A stretch of DNA of 40,576 nucleotides from a virus (Duplodnaviria > Caudoviricetes): the IMG/VR virus record IMGVR_UViG_3300046813_000129, positions 1-40,576 of that record; one strand, given 5' to 3'. The notes under the pieces are model-generated. The model saw only the letters and a program-made list of their open reading frames with translations, ran no database searches and was not told where the DNA came from. Below are positions 25,293-33,784 of this stretch, one piece after another. Every line of letters begins with the position of its first letter. Within the stretch, counting starts at the first letter, position 1. The translations under genes and the position numbers were made by a program.

Positions 25293-25417
25293 GACAAGAC
25301 TCCCCTCGCGGTGCGAGGTGGTTCGGGCGGATCAGGTCGCCGTCGGTCTTGTCGGCTGGTGGATCGGGCTTCGGTGCGCCCTTCGGTCTTGCGGGCGCGG
25401 TGCGGTTCGGGCTTCGG
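25293..25417 (-). promoter_or_regulatory. Structured capsid-gene leader (duplicated hairpins with CAAGACCGA loops, SD-occluding hairpin)
   Basis: Pairings are visible in the sequence; details are in the findings. Confidence 0.55.
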
Positions 25418-26521
25418 TCAGGTGGCGGTGATGGCCGCGCGACGCCGCCTGTTCTCCTCGATTTTGGCGAGGAGCTCGGCGCGCGAGAGCCGTTGAGACT
25501 TCGGGGGTGCCGGCGCGGCGGGAGCGGCTGGCGCGGCGGCTGGCGCGGCGGCTGGCGCGGCGGCTGGCGCGGCGGCTGGCGCTGCTGCGGGGGCGGCAGC
25601 CCGGCCGAGCGCCTTGGGGTCGACGCCGTAGAGCTCGAGCTCGGCGGCGCGGTCGGCCTCGTACGCCTCGAGGACCTTGGCGTGGGACGGCTCCTCGCGC
25701 GCGTCGTCCGAGGGGCCGCTCTCCTGGTAGAGGCGCGCCGCGGTTGCGGCGATCTGCTGTCGGGCAAGCCGCGGGTTCTTGGCGAGCGCTGCCTTGGCGA
25801 TCGGCGTCGCGTCGCTCACGCCCTTGGCGACGGTGTCGACGAACTGGTCGATGTACGCCGACGCGGTCGACTGCTGCTCGCGCTGCGCCAGCTGCTGCTT
25901 GAGCTCGGTGAGCTCGCGCTCGAGCTTTGAGACGCTGTCGGTGTGGCCGCGGTCGCGAAGGGCGCGCTGGGCCACCTCCTTGTACTTGGGATCCTTCTGT
26001 CCCTCGGGGCTGGCGGCATAGAACAGCTGCGACAGCGGAACCAGGTCGGCATCGGCGTAGCCGGCGCTCCGGACCAGGTCGACCAGCGCGAACGGGTCCT
26101 TGCCGAGGTTGGCGTGGCGCCGCTCGATCTCCTCGGCGCGCTGCAGCCGCGGCATCCACGTCTGCCGCTGCTGCTCGAACTGCGCTTTCATCTCCTCGCG
26201 CTCGGCCGCGAGCTGGCGGCGGAGGTGCTGCTCCTGCTTGCGGAACGCGGCCTGCGCATCCGGCGGTTCGCCGGCGGCCGGCGGCTCTGCTGGCGCAGCG
26301 GGAGCCGGTGGCGGCGTTCCCGCGGCCGGCGCGGGCAGCGCCGCGGCGGGGGCGGGGGCAGCTGCAGGGGCCGGCGTCGTCGTCGTCGGGGCAGGGGCCG
26401 CCGGACGGTGCGCGCCCGCTGCGATCGCGGCCCGGGTCGCCGCCCGCCGCGCAGCCGCGGGATCAACCGCAGCCGGCGCGGGCGGCGGAGTGGGCGCGGT
26501 CACGGGCGCCGGATCGGGCAT
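25418..26521 (-). CDS. Scaffolding protein, 367 aa
   Basis: Pro/Ala-rich ends, central coiled coils, basic C-terminal helix; directly upstream of the capsid gene. AAAP 12-bp repeats lie at about 25527-25580. Confidence 0.72.
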   Translation of the reverse strand: MPDPAPVTAPTPPPAPAAVDPAAARRAATRAAIAAGAHRPAAPAPTTTTPAPAAAPAPAAALPAPAAGTPPPAPAAPAEPPAAGEPPDAQAAFRKQEQHLRRQLAAEREEMKAQFEQQRQTWMPRLQRAEEIERRHANLGKDPFALVDLVRSAGYADADLVPLSQLFYAASPEGQKDPKYKEVAQRALRDRGHTDSVSKLERELTELKQQLAQREQQSTASAYIDQFVDTVAKGVSDATPIAKAALAKNPRLARQQIAATAARLYQESGPSDDAREEPSHAKVLEAYEADRAAELELYGVDPKALGRAAAPAAAPAAAPAAAPAAAPAAAPAAPAAPAPPKSQRLSRAELLAKIEENRRRRAAITAT

Positions 26522-26605
26522 CAGTGTTGACTCGTGACATGAGCGCGTGTCACATGTCAAGAAGATGCAGTTGCAGGAGCATTGCAATAAGCTCAGGGCC
26601 GCCGG
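26522..26605. promoter_or_regulatory. Divergent late control region with a 34-bp imperfect palindrome
   Basis: TTGAC-TC-GTGACA-N8-TGTCAC-AT-GTCAA at 26527-26560; lower GC; lies between divergent operons. Confidence 0.6.
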
Positions 26606-26839
26606 ATGACCCCGGAGCAGTGGGCCGAGCTCCTGGTCAAGCACGCCCCAGCGCTGCGGGCGGCCGGCGTGCTCGAGCTGTCCATGGAGGGGGTTACCGT
26701 CCGGTTCGCGCCGCCGCCGCCGCCGCCGCCCATGACGACTCCGCCCCCGCCGCCCGCCAGCGGCCGGGCCAGCACGGAGCTCGATGACCCGCTGTCCTCG
26801 ATCCCGGGCTACACGCTCTCGCCCGAGGACGCGCAGTGA
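26606..26839 (+). CDS. Small hypothetical protein with poly-Pro tract
   Basis: LRAAGVLELSMEGVTVRF then poly-Pro; GTGA-coupled to the portal gene. Confidence 0.7.
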   Translation: MTPEQWAELLVKHAPALRAAGVLELSMEGVTVRFAPPPPPPPMTTPPPPPASGRASTELDDPLSSIPGYTLSPEDAQ

Positions 26840-28734
26840 CCGCCAGCTGGTGGCAGGCCGACAAGGGCAAGGTCGCCGGCGCCCTGTTCACCTACGTTCG
26901 GACCGTAGACCGTGGCCTCTTCGACCGTTTCAACAAGTTCCTTCGCCTCGCGCGGCTCTACGACAGCACCGCGCTTCCGGGCGACCCGGTCAGGGGGCGC
27001 GAGTACGGGCGGGTGCACGAGAACGCGCTCGCCTCGGCGATCGACACGATCAGCGCGACGATCGCCACCACCGAGATCCGCGCCGTCTTTGACACCGACG
27101 ACGCCGAGTGGTCCGTGCAGCGCCGCGCCCGACTGCTCGAGCTCTACGTCGAGCAGCTCGGCAAGCTGTTCAAAGTGCCGCAGAAGTGCCGCCACGCGTT
27201 CAAGGCGGGCGGCGCGGTCAAGGGCACGGCGCTCTGCAAGGTCTGGGCGGACTCATTCAAGCGGCTCCGCGTCGAGCCGGCGATGGTCGACGACATCGTG
27301 GTCGACGAGCTCGAAACCCGCAACGGTGACCCCCAGCAGCTCCACTACCGCACCACCATCGATCGCGACGAGCTGAAGGCGAGCTACCCGAAGTTCAAGC
27401 AGCAGATCGAGCAGGCCCAGGGCGGCGTCGGCAAGTGGGTCAAGTGGGCCGGCTGGCGCCCGATGCGCCGCAACGACGTCGTCGTGATCGAGAGCTGGCG
27501 CCTACCGATCGGCGTCAAGGGCATGACCGGCTACGTCGCTGGGCGGCACGTCATCGCGATCGACGGCTGCGACCTTCTGGACGAGGTCTACGAGGACGAC
27601 TTTTTCCCCTTCGCGGTGATGCGCTGGTCGCGGCCGACCGAGGGTTGGTACGGCATCGGCGTCGCCGAGCGCGTCGCGACCATCCAACTCGGCCTGAACC
27701 GGCGCAACCTGCAGAACGATCGCAAGCTCGACCAGGGCGCGTTCCCGACCACGTGGGTGCAGCAGCAGGATGCCGCGCTCGCGATGGCCACGACGTCCGC
27801 GATGCAGAACACGCTGGGGACCGTGGCGGTCTACAACGGCAGCCAGCACCCGATCACGGTGCAGCCGCCGACCGTGGCCCCCGAGGAGCTCCGCGACGCA
27901 GAGCGGCTCTCCGGCAAGGTGTTCGAGGTCTCCGGCGTCAGCCGAATGACGGCGCAGGCCATCAAGCCGGCCGGTCTCGAGACCGGCGCCGCGATCCGCG
28001 AGTACCACGACAAGGTGACCATGCGTTTCGCCGAGCAGGAGGCCGACTTCGAGAGCTTCGCGCTCGACGTGGTCTGGCTGATGCTCCACGTCTGCAAGAA
28101 GCTTGGCGCCGACGCCCCGAAGGTGACGCGCAAGACGCGCTTCGGCTCGCGCACGATCGCCTGGTCCGACGTCGACATGACCGAGGTCCGCTACTGGATC
28201 GGCGCGGCGTCGACGCTCAACCGATCCCGCGCCGGCCGCGAGCAGCTCGTCGCGGAGTGGGCCCAGGCCGGCATCATTTCGACCGACAGTGCGCGCCGAC
28301 TCATCAAGCACCCCGACCTCGAGCGCGAGATGTCGCTGTTCACCGCGGCGATCGAGAACGTCGAGAACTGCCTCGAGGAGATCGCAGACGGCGGCACGGT
28401 CGTGCCCGAGCCGTTCATGAACCTGAAGCTGCTGGTCTGGCGGGCGCAGCAGCAGTACCTCGACTGGACGACAGGCCGGCGCGGCCGGGCGCCCGAGGCC
28501 GTGCTCGAGAACCTGCGGACGCTCATCGTCCAGGCCGCGTGGATGGCCCAGGGCACGGCCGCCAACGGCAACGCGGTCGGCCCTGACCAGTCCATGCCCG
28601 CGGGCGGGCCCGGAACGCCCGGCGCGCCGCCGGCGAACGGCAACGGGATGCCACCCCTGCCCGGCGGGCCACCGATGAGCACGCCGCAGGCCGCGTTCTC
28701 GCCGCAAGCGATGCAGCTGGCCCCCGGGGTCTAG
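26836..28734 (+). CDS. Portal protein (podovirus-type), 632 aa
   Basis: G.ALCKVW, V.VIESW, FPFAVMRW...WYGIG.AE...IQ..LN, VSGVS and ETGAAIR segments; Pro-rich tail. Confidence 0.85.
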   Translation: MTASWWQADKGKVAGALFTYVRTVDRGLFDRFNKFLRLARLYDSTALPGDPVRGREYGRVHENALASAIDTISATIATTEIRAVFDTDDAEWSVQRRARLLELYVEQLGKLFKVPQKCRHAFKAGGAVKGTALCKVWADSFKRLRVEPAMVDDIVVDELETRNGDPQQLHYRTTIDRDELKASYPKFKQQIEQAQGGVGKWVKWAGWRPMRRNDVVVIESWRLPIGVKGMTGYVAGRHVIAIDGCDLLDEVYEDDFFPFAVMRWSRPTEGWYGIGVAERVATIQLGLNRRNLQNDRKLDQGAFPTTWVQQQDAALAMATTSAMQNTLGTVAVYNGSQHPITVQPPTVAPEELRDAERLSGKVFEVSGVSRMTAQAIKPAGLETGAAIREYHDKVTMRFAEQEADFESFALDVVWLMLHVCKKLGADAPKVTRKTRFGSRTIAWSDVDMTEVRYWIGAASTLNRSRAGREQLVAEWAQAGIISTDSARRLIKHPDLEREMSLFTAAIENVENCLEEIADGGTVVPEPFMNLKLLVWRAQQQYLDWTTGRRGRAPEAVLENLRTLIVQAAWMAQGTAANGNAVGPDQSMPAGGPGTPGAPPANGNGMPPLPGGPPMSTPQAAFSPQAMQLAPGV

Positions 28735-28740
28735 CGCTCC

Positions 28741-30345
28741 GTGCTGCGCCGACTCGACGTCGGCCTCGAAGAGACCGAGCGCCAGCTCACGGCCGCCGAC
28801 ACGTCGCACTGGCTCGGCCTCGTCGACATGGCCGTCGCCGAGTGCCACCCGGCGCAGCGCGATTTCGTCCTCGATCCGGGCGACCTCATCGCCGCGCTGG
28901 TCGGCCGCGGCGGCGGCAAGACGATGGGCGGCGCGGTTCGGTTCCTGCGTCGCATGCTCACGACGCCGGGCGCGAACTGCTTCTACCTGGCGAAGTTCCG
29001 CGACCACGCCAAGCGCCTGCTGTGGGAGCCGCTGAAGAAGATCTTCCGGAACCTCGGCTTCGTCACCGGCAAGGACGTCATCTACAACGAGTCGACGCTC
29101 CGGGTGTTCCTACCCAAGAATGGCGCGCGCCTGCAGCTGTTCGGCGCCGACAAGCCGGGCTACATCGAGAGCCTTCGCGGCGAGAGCTACCACGAGGTCG
29201 GTATCGACGAGGCCGCAAGCCACGGCGACGAACTGATCAAGCTCTTGATCGATTCGGTCATCGGCCCGCGGCTCCTGGGCGCGCTCTGGCTGATCGGCAC
29301 TCCGGGCCGCCGGCTCAAGGGCCTTTTCTACGACGTCACCCGCCGCGGCAGCGAGCTCGGCCAGCTCCACAAGGAGCGCACCGCCGAATCGACCAGGCCG
29401 TGGACCGTCCACAAGTGGAGCCTGGCGAGCGCGATCGAGGCCACCAGGGATCGGCCGATCGCGGCGCTGCTCGAGCTCTACGAGGTCCAGCAGAAGCGCA
29501 TCCGCGAGGCCGGCTACGCCGAAGATCATCCGATCAAGCGCCGCGAGTACGACGGCGAGTGGGCCTCCGACGACACGATCAACGTGTACAGCTACCGGCC
29601 CCACAACCTCGAGACCGGCGAGGTGTGGAACCAGTGGGACCCCGAGCGCGTCGGCCCCCTGGGCGTCGCCAAGCTGCCCGCGGGCTTCGCGAAGTGGATC
29701 CACGTCCTCGCCATGGACCCCGGCTACAGCGACCCGACGGCGATCAACCTGTTTGCGTTCTCGCCCGAGGACCCGACGCGCACCATCTATCACCGCTGGT
29801 GCTTCGAGCTGCGGGGTCTCACCGCGCAGCTGACCGCGAATGCGATCATGGGGCCGCGGCCCGAGTTCACGCCCGCGGCCCCGGGCGCCCTGATCGGCGC
29901 GATCGGCGGCTGGCCCGCCGGCATGATCGCCGACACCGCCCACCAGATGTCCGAGGCCGTGCTCGCCGAGCTCTCGAGTGTGTACGGCATCCACTTCGAC
30001 CCGGCAAAGAAGGGCCTCAACTACAAGATCGGTGCGATCGACGTCGTCAACGGCGACCTGGTGGCCGGCCGGATCAAGGTCCTCAAGGACAGCGAGCTCG
30101 AGGAGCAGCTGCTCGACCTGCAGTGGGACGAGAGCAAGTCGGGCAAGCAGATCGAGCGGCCAGGCCAGCCGAACCACTCGACCGACTGCCTGGTCTACGG
30201 CCGCGTGAAGCTCGCCGAGTTCATGACCTCAGCGCCCCCGCCCGTCGCGGACTCGCGGGCGCCCGGCTACGTCCCGAGGCCGCCTCCGGCCACCGGCGAC
30301 TACTCGCACATGTTCCAGGACAACTACGCCGCGCTGCTCGACTGA
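28741..30345 (+). CDS. terL: Terminase large subunit
   Basis: HPAQ Q-motif, Walker A GRGGGKT, Walker B VGIDEA, LIGTP, REYDGEW, and nuclease motifs AMDPGYSDPTA and NHSTDCLVY. Confidence 0.93.
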   Translation: MLRRLDVGLEETERQLTAADTSHWLGLVDMAVAECHPAQRDFVLDPGDLIAALVGRGGGKTMGGAVRFLRRMLTTPGANCFYLAKFRDHAKRLLWEPLKKIFRNLGFVTGKDVIYNESTLRVFLPKNGARLQLFGADKPGYIESLRGESYHEVGIDEAASHGDELIKLLIDSVIGPRLLGALWLIGTPGRRLKGLFYDVTRRGSELGQLHKERTAESTRPWTVHKWSLASAIEATRDRPIAALLELYEVQQKRIREAGYAEDHPIKRREYDGEWASDDTINVYSYRPHNLETGEVWNQWDPERVGPLGVAKLPAGFAKWIHVLAMDPGYSDPTAINLFAFSPEDPTRTIYHRWCFELRGLTAQLTANAIMGPRPEFTPAAPGALIGAIGGWPAGMIADTAHQMSEAVLAELSSVYGIHFDPAKKGLNYKIGAIDVVNGDLVAGRIKVLKDSELEEQLLDLQWDESKSGKQIERPGQPNHSTDCLVYGRVKLAEFMTSAPPPVADSRAPGYVPRPPPATGDYSHMFQDNYAALLD

Positions 30346-30650
30346 CCGGCGGGCGCGCCGGCGGGCGCATCCCATTCCTCCCACGTGCGGACCTGCGAGA
30401 TGTGCATCCACTTCGTGGTCTGCCACTTGCCGTCGGCGTAGTAATCGAAGCGGAGCGCCTGGCGCTTCTCGACGAGGAAGATGTCGTAGCCGTTGAGCTG
30501 CGGCGCCTCGCGCGCGTACTTGTGATCATCGCCCTCGCGCGGCGAGCCGATGATGAGACCCTGGCCCGGGGCGGTAGCGAACCGCACGTGCCTGATCCTG
30601 ATCGCGTCCTTGGGCGCCTGTGGTCCGGGAAGTGGTGCTGCGGTGCTCAT
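30324..30650 (-). CDS. Hypothetical protein
   Basis: ATGA-coupled; converges on terL with a 22-nt overlap. Confidence 0.68.
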   Translation of the reverse strand: MSTAAPLPGPQAPKDAIRIRHVRFATAPGQGLIIGSPREGDDHKYAREAPQLNGYDIFLVEKRQALRFDYYADGKWQTTKWMHISQVRTWEEWDAPAGAPAGQSSSAA

Positions 30651-31126
30651 CGTGGCCTTTCGAAGCGGGCTGGGAGTTGATCGTAGGTCGCGAACGGAAG
30701 ATGGCGGACCAGCCGCCGACCCAGCGGCGTCTCGGCCCCGTAGCGGAACGGACGGCGGGCGTCGATGCCGGCGGCGCGCAGCAGCGAGGTGGCATGGCCG
30801 ACCTCGAGACCGAGCCGGCGCCGCGCGCGCCGGTACGCGCCTTTGACGAACACGTAGTAGATGTACGGCTCGGGCAGGTCGGTGCGCGTCGCGATGAAAC
30901 CGTAGGCGAACTCGCGCGGGCCGTTCTCGGTCTCGACGAACTCGCCCGGCTCGTGCGCGATCGTCACCGCAGTGCTGGGCCGGGCGAGGATCGTCGCGAG
31001 CTCGGCGTGCATCACGTCGGCGTAGGTCTCCATCGCGAACAGGCCGGCGTACAGCCGGTACGAGCTAGACCAGCCCGAGATCACGAACTCGAGATCGGCC
31101 TCGACCATCGGGCGGTAGGCGGTCAT
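30647..31126 (-). CDS. GNAT-fold acetyltransferase-like protein, 159 aa
   Basis: YRPMVEADLEFV start, YGFI, and motif A-like YVFVKGAYRR...G.ATSLL. Confidence 0.68.
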   Translation of the reverse strand: MTAYRPMVEADLEFVISGWSSSYRLYAGLFAMETYADVMHAELATILARPSTAVTIAHEPGEFVETENGPREFAYGFIATRTDLPEPYIYYVFVKGAYRRARRRLGLEVGHATSLLRAAGIDARRPFRYGAETPLGRRLVRHLPFATYDQLPARFERPR

Positions 31127-31545
31127 GCGTCCCGCGGCGGGCGCTGAACGCAGCTGCAGCCCCTCAACGTCCCGTCGACGACACTGTCGAGCAGAGCAAC
31201 CTCGTCCGCCGCGGATGAGCAGCGCAGGATCGAGAGCTCGTTCACCTCGTAGCGCTGGAGATGCCCGCAGTTGAGAATGACGCCAAGCTGCAGGCTGTCC
31301 CGATCGATCATCTTCCGCAGCTCGGCATCGATCCAGCCGTAGCGATGCGCGATCAGCCGCGTGTGGCGACTCTCGAACAGCGACGCACGGCGCGCCGGCG
31401 CCGGCCGCGGTACGTAGTGCGTCTTGAACATGTACGCGTAGTCGCCGGTGCGCGCTTTCTCGACCGCGCCCTCGCCGATCGCGCGCAGCGTCTCGAACAC
31501 CGCCGTCGGCAGCTCGACGAACAGCTCGCGGAACGGCGCGCTCAC
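31123..31545 (-). CDS. Hypothetical protein (CGH...CSC possible Zn ligands), 140 aa
   Basis: GTGA and ATGA overlaps with neighbours. Confidence 0.6.
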   Translation of the reverse strand: MSAPFRELFVELPTAVFETLRAIGEGAVEKARTGDYAYMFKTHYVPRPAPARRASLFESRHTRLIAHRYGWIDAELRKMIDRDSLQLGVILNCGHLQRYEVNELSILRCSSAADEVALLDSVVDGTLRGCSCVQRPPRDA

Positions 31546-32000
31546 CGGCTGAACACCTTGCCGCCGCGGCCGGTGCGCTGGCGGCGCTGCGCGATCGCCG
31601 CATCGCGGGTGATCGCGAGCTGCTTGGCGCGCCATTCGTGCATCGGCATCCCGTCGGCGAGCGGTCGCGTGTCGAGCACTGCGCGATCGGGCATCGAATA
31701 GTCGAACACCTTGCCCTGGTCGAGCTCACCGAGCTTCGAGCGCGTGAGGGGCGCTGAGGGGCGCCACGGCGACGCTGCGCCGCACTTGATGACACCGACC
31801 CAGTCACCGCAGCCCGCGCACGCCTCGTCGTCGCAGTTCAAGCAGATCCGAAGCTTGCTGGCAGAGCACTCCGCGGTCTCCGGCGGGTCGCCGCTCTCGT
31901 CCCGCGGCAGCGTCGCCTCGAAGTAGCCGTGCACCGGGCACTCGTAGTCGCTGCGGATCGGCGCGCCAGGGTTCGAGCGCTCGGTGAGCTTCCAGGTCAT
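31542..32000 (-). CDS. FmdB-like zinc-ribbon protein, 152 aa
   Basis: PIRSDYECPVHGYFE...C...CG...SAP with additional CxxC pairs. Confidence 0.6.
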   Translation of the reverse strand: MTWKLTERSNPGAPIRSDYECPVHGYFEATLPRDESGDPPETAECSASKLRICLNCDDEACAGCGDWVGVIKCGAASPWRPSAPLTRSKLGELDQGKVFDYSMPDRAVLDTRPLADGMPMHEWRAKQLAITRDAAIAQRRQRTGRGGKVFSR

Positions 32001-32470
32001 GGCGCCCCGCGCGGAACGCCGTACGGCTGGAAGATCTGTGTCCAGCGCTCGAACTTCTCGTCGTGCACCTCGACGAAATACGCCCGGCCGGGCCAGCGCG
32101 CCGCGAACATCGGCTCCGCGATCCGCGCGGCATCCATCGGCCCGGCCAGCGGCGCCACGCCGACCACTGCGTTCGCGATGAGCTCGAGCTCGAACACCAG
32201 GGGATCGAAGCAGTCGCCCTCGCGCCACTCGATGCCCGGCTCGACGATCCAGCCGTTGCCCTTCACCGAGCAGCGGGCGTAGCGCTCGATCGGCGGTCGC
32301 CCGGCCGCCGGCGGGGCCGCCAGCGCGGCTTCCACGGCCTCCCGGCGCCGGCGGCGTCGCTCCGTGGCCTGGGCCTTCGTGGCGGAGCACAGCGAGGCTT
32401 CTTCCGCGGCGAGTTCGTCCTCTGCCGACTCGGCGTAGGCGTCGACGAGCTGCATGATCGCCGCGGTCAC
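31997..32470 (-). CDS. Hypothetical protein, 157 aa
   Basis: 4-nt overlaps on both sides. Confidence 0.6.
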   Translation of the reverse strand: MTAAIMQLVDAYAESAEDELAAEEASLCSATKAQATERRRRRREAVEAALAAPPAAGRPPIERYARCSVKGNGWIVEPGIEWREGDCFDPLVFELELIANAVVGVAPLAGPMDAARIAEPMFAARWPGRAYFVEVHDEKFERWTQIFQPYGVPRGAP

Positions 32471-32829
32471 GACAGGATGCTCCGCTTCTGGTCGAGCTGG
32501 TCGAGCTTGGCGCGGACATCGGCACGCCGGATGGGGTCGAGCTGCTGCAGGTAGGCCAGGACCAGCTCGTGGCGCTGCTCGGGGGTCCGGGCCATGTGCC
32601 GATCGTGCTTCTCGAGCTGCCGCAGCGCGTTGGTGACCCCTGCCATGTGGCTGGTGACCCATGCGAGGTGGCTGCCGAGCTTGGCGTCGTACCCCTGCTC
32701 GGTCGCGAGCTGCTTGCGGACGCGCTCGAGGCAGATTTCGAGGGTCTCCATGCTCTTGGCGAGCGAAATCCGCGCCTTTTCGAGCAGATCGGCGTCGGTC
32801 GGGGGCTGGATCTCGTCGGCGTCGGCCAT
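32467..32829 (-). CDS. Helical protein, candidate terminase small subunit, 120 aa
   Basis: All-alpha pattern; follows the HNH gene and a G/C-run palindrome. The function call is positional only. Confidence 0.4.
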   Translation of the reverse strand: MADADEIQPPTDADLLEKARISLAKSMETLEICLERVRKQLATEQGYDAKLGSHLAWVTSHMAGVTNALRQLEKHDRHMARTPEQRHELVLAYLQQLDPIRRADVRAKLDQLDQKRSILS

Positions 32830-32879
32830 TTTTTGTGATTTCGGCCCTCGAACCCTGGCTGGCCTGCGCTCGCCCGCGG

Positions 32880-32916
32880 CACCCCCGGGGTAGGGGGGAA
32901 CATATACCCGGGGGTG
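32880..32916. repeat. G/C-run inverted repeat, candidate packaging site
   Basis: CACCCCCGGGGTA-N12-TACCCGGGGGTG, intergenic. Confidence 0.5.
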
Positions 32917-32961
32917 GTCAAGCGCTGTCGCAACCACGTTGCACCTGCGACCGCTGGGCAG

Positions 32962-33318
32962 TCAAGCGATCGCTCCGGCGTCGCGGTTGCACATGCGGCA
33001 CACTACGCCGCGCTCGGGCGTCACCTGGTGGTGGAGGCCCATGTCGTGACCGCGTGGGCAGCGCGTTCTCTTCACGCGGTACGTCCAGTCCTTGCGGCGC
33101 TCGTTCTCGCGTCGGTCGACCGGCTCGAGGTGGTGGACCGCGACGCAGTGGCGGCGCCGGCACAGGTGGTCGAGCTCCTTGCCGGGCGGCACCGGGCCGT
33201 TGGCGCGCTCCCATGCCGCGATGTGGGCTCGGGTCCGGCCATGGAACGCGTAGCCGTCGCGGTCAAGCCGACCGGTGGCGAGCTCGCAGCCGAACACCGG
33301 ATCCCGTTCAGTGCTCAC
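32962..33318 (-). CDS. HNH endonuclease (HNH_3-type with C-terminal Zn finger)
   Basis: AHIAAWERANGPVP...LDHLCRRRHCV..HLEPV...EN, CPRGH, CRMC. Confidence 0.88.
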   Translation of the reverse strand: MSTERDPVFGCELATGRLDRDGYAFHGRTRAHIAAWERANGPVPPGKELDHLCRRRHCVAVHHLEPVDRRENERRKDWTYRVKRTRCPRGHDMGLHHQVTPERGVVCRMCNRDAGAIA

Positions 33319-33418
33319 GGGCGGCCTCCCGCTGCGAGCACCAGATTGCAGGCCTGATGCCTGAACTCGTCAAGCCGGCAGCTTACGATCAGATCCCGAT
33401 TTGCTCGGGCCGGTCCGC

Positions 33419-33685
33419 TTACGCGTAGGCCGCTTCGACCTCGGCCTGCGAGGCGAGCTCGACCTGCTCGATCGGGTACTCGTCGCGCCGCGTCTCGCCG
33501 GCGAGCTGAATCTCGACCCAGCCGTCGTCCGTGACCGAGATCAGGTTGCCAACCTTGGCGCCCACCTTCACCGCGACCGCCTTCGAGCCGGGGGCGACGC
33601 GCTCGTGCCCATCGCGGGTGATGACGACGGGCCAGGCGGCGTTGAGGGCGTTCTTGAGGGCGACCATGTTGTCCGTGCTGTTCAT
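33419..33685 (-). CDS. Hypothetical protein, moron-like
   Basis: Has intergenic gaps on both sides and its own promoter-like sequence. Confidence 0.68.
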   Translation of the reverse strand: MNSTDNMVALKNALNAAWPVVITRDGHERVAPGSKAVAVKVGAKVGNLISVTDDGWVEIQLAGETRRDEYPIEQVELASQAEVEAAYA

Positions 33686-33720
33686 GAACTAGATATACTG
33701 CCGACTGGCCATCTCCGCAA
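33686..33720 (-). promoter_or_regulatory. Putative leaderless sigma70-like promoter
   Basis: TTGCGG, 17 nt, TATATC, 6 nt, ATG; no SD. Confidence 0.5.
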
Positions 33721-33784
33721 TAGCGATCTTCGAGACTGCCAGTGAGATGTGCATTCACGCGGCAAGAGTCTGATTCTCCAGCGC

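Noticed and set aside
25527-25580. Regulatory repeat array
   Set aside because: It encodes the AAAP linker of the scaffold protein.
26606-30345. Invertible (phase-variable) segment
   Set aside because: No inverted repeats at the boundaries and no invertase gene were seen.
10365-30680. Numerous long shadow ORFs (e.g. 10365-12641, 19269-21413, 27502-29007, 28842-30680)
   Set aside because: These are expected in high-GC DNA. They are Arg/Pro-rich or antisense to well-supported genes and carry no motifs.
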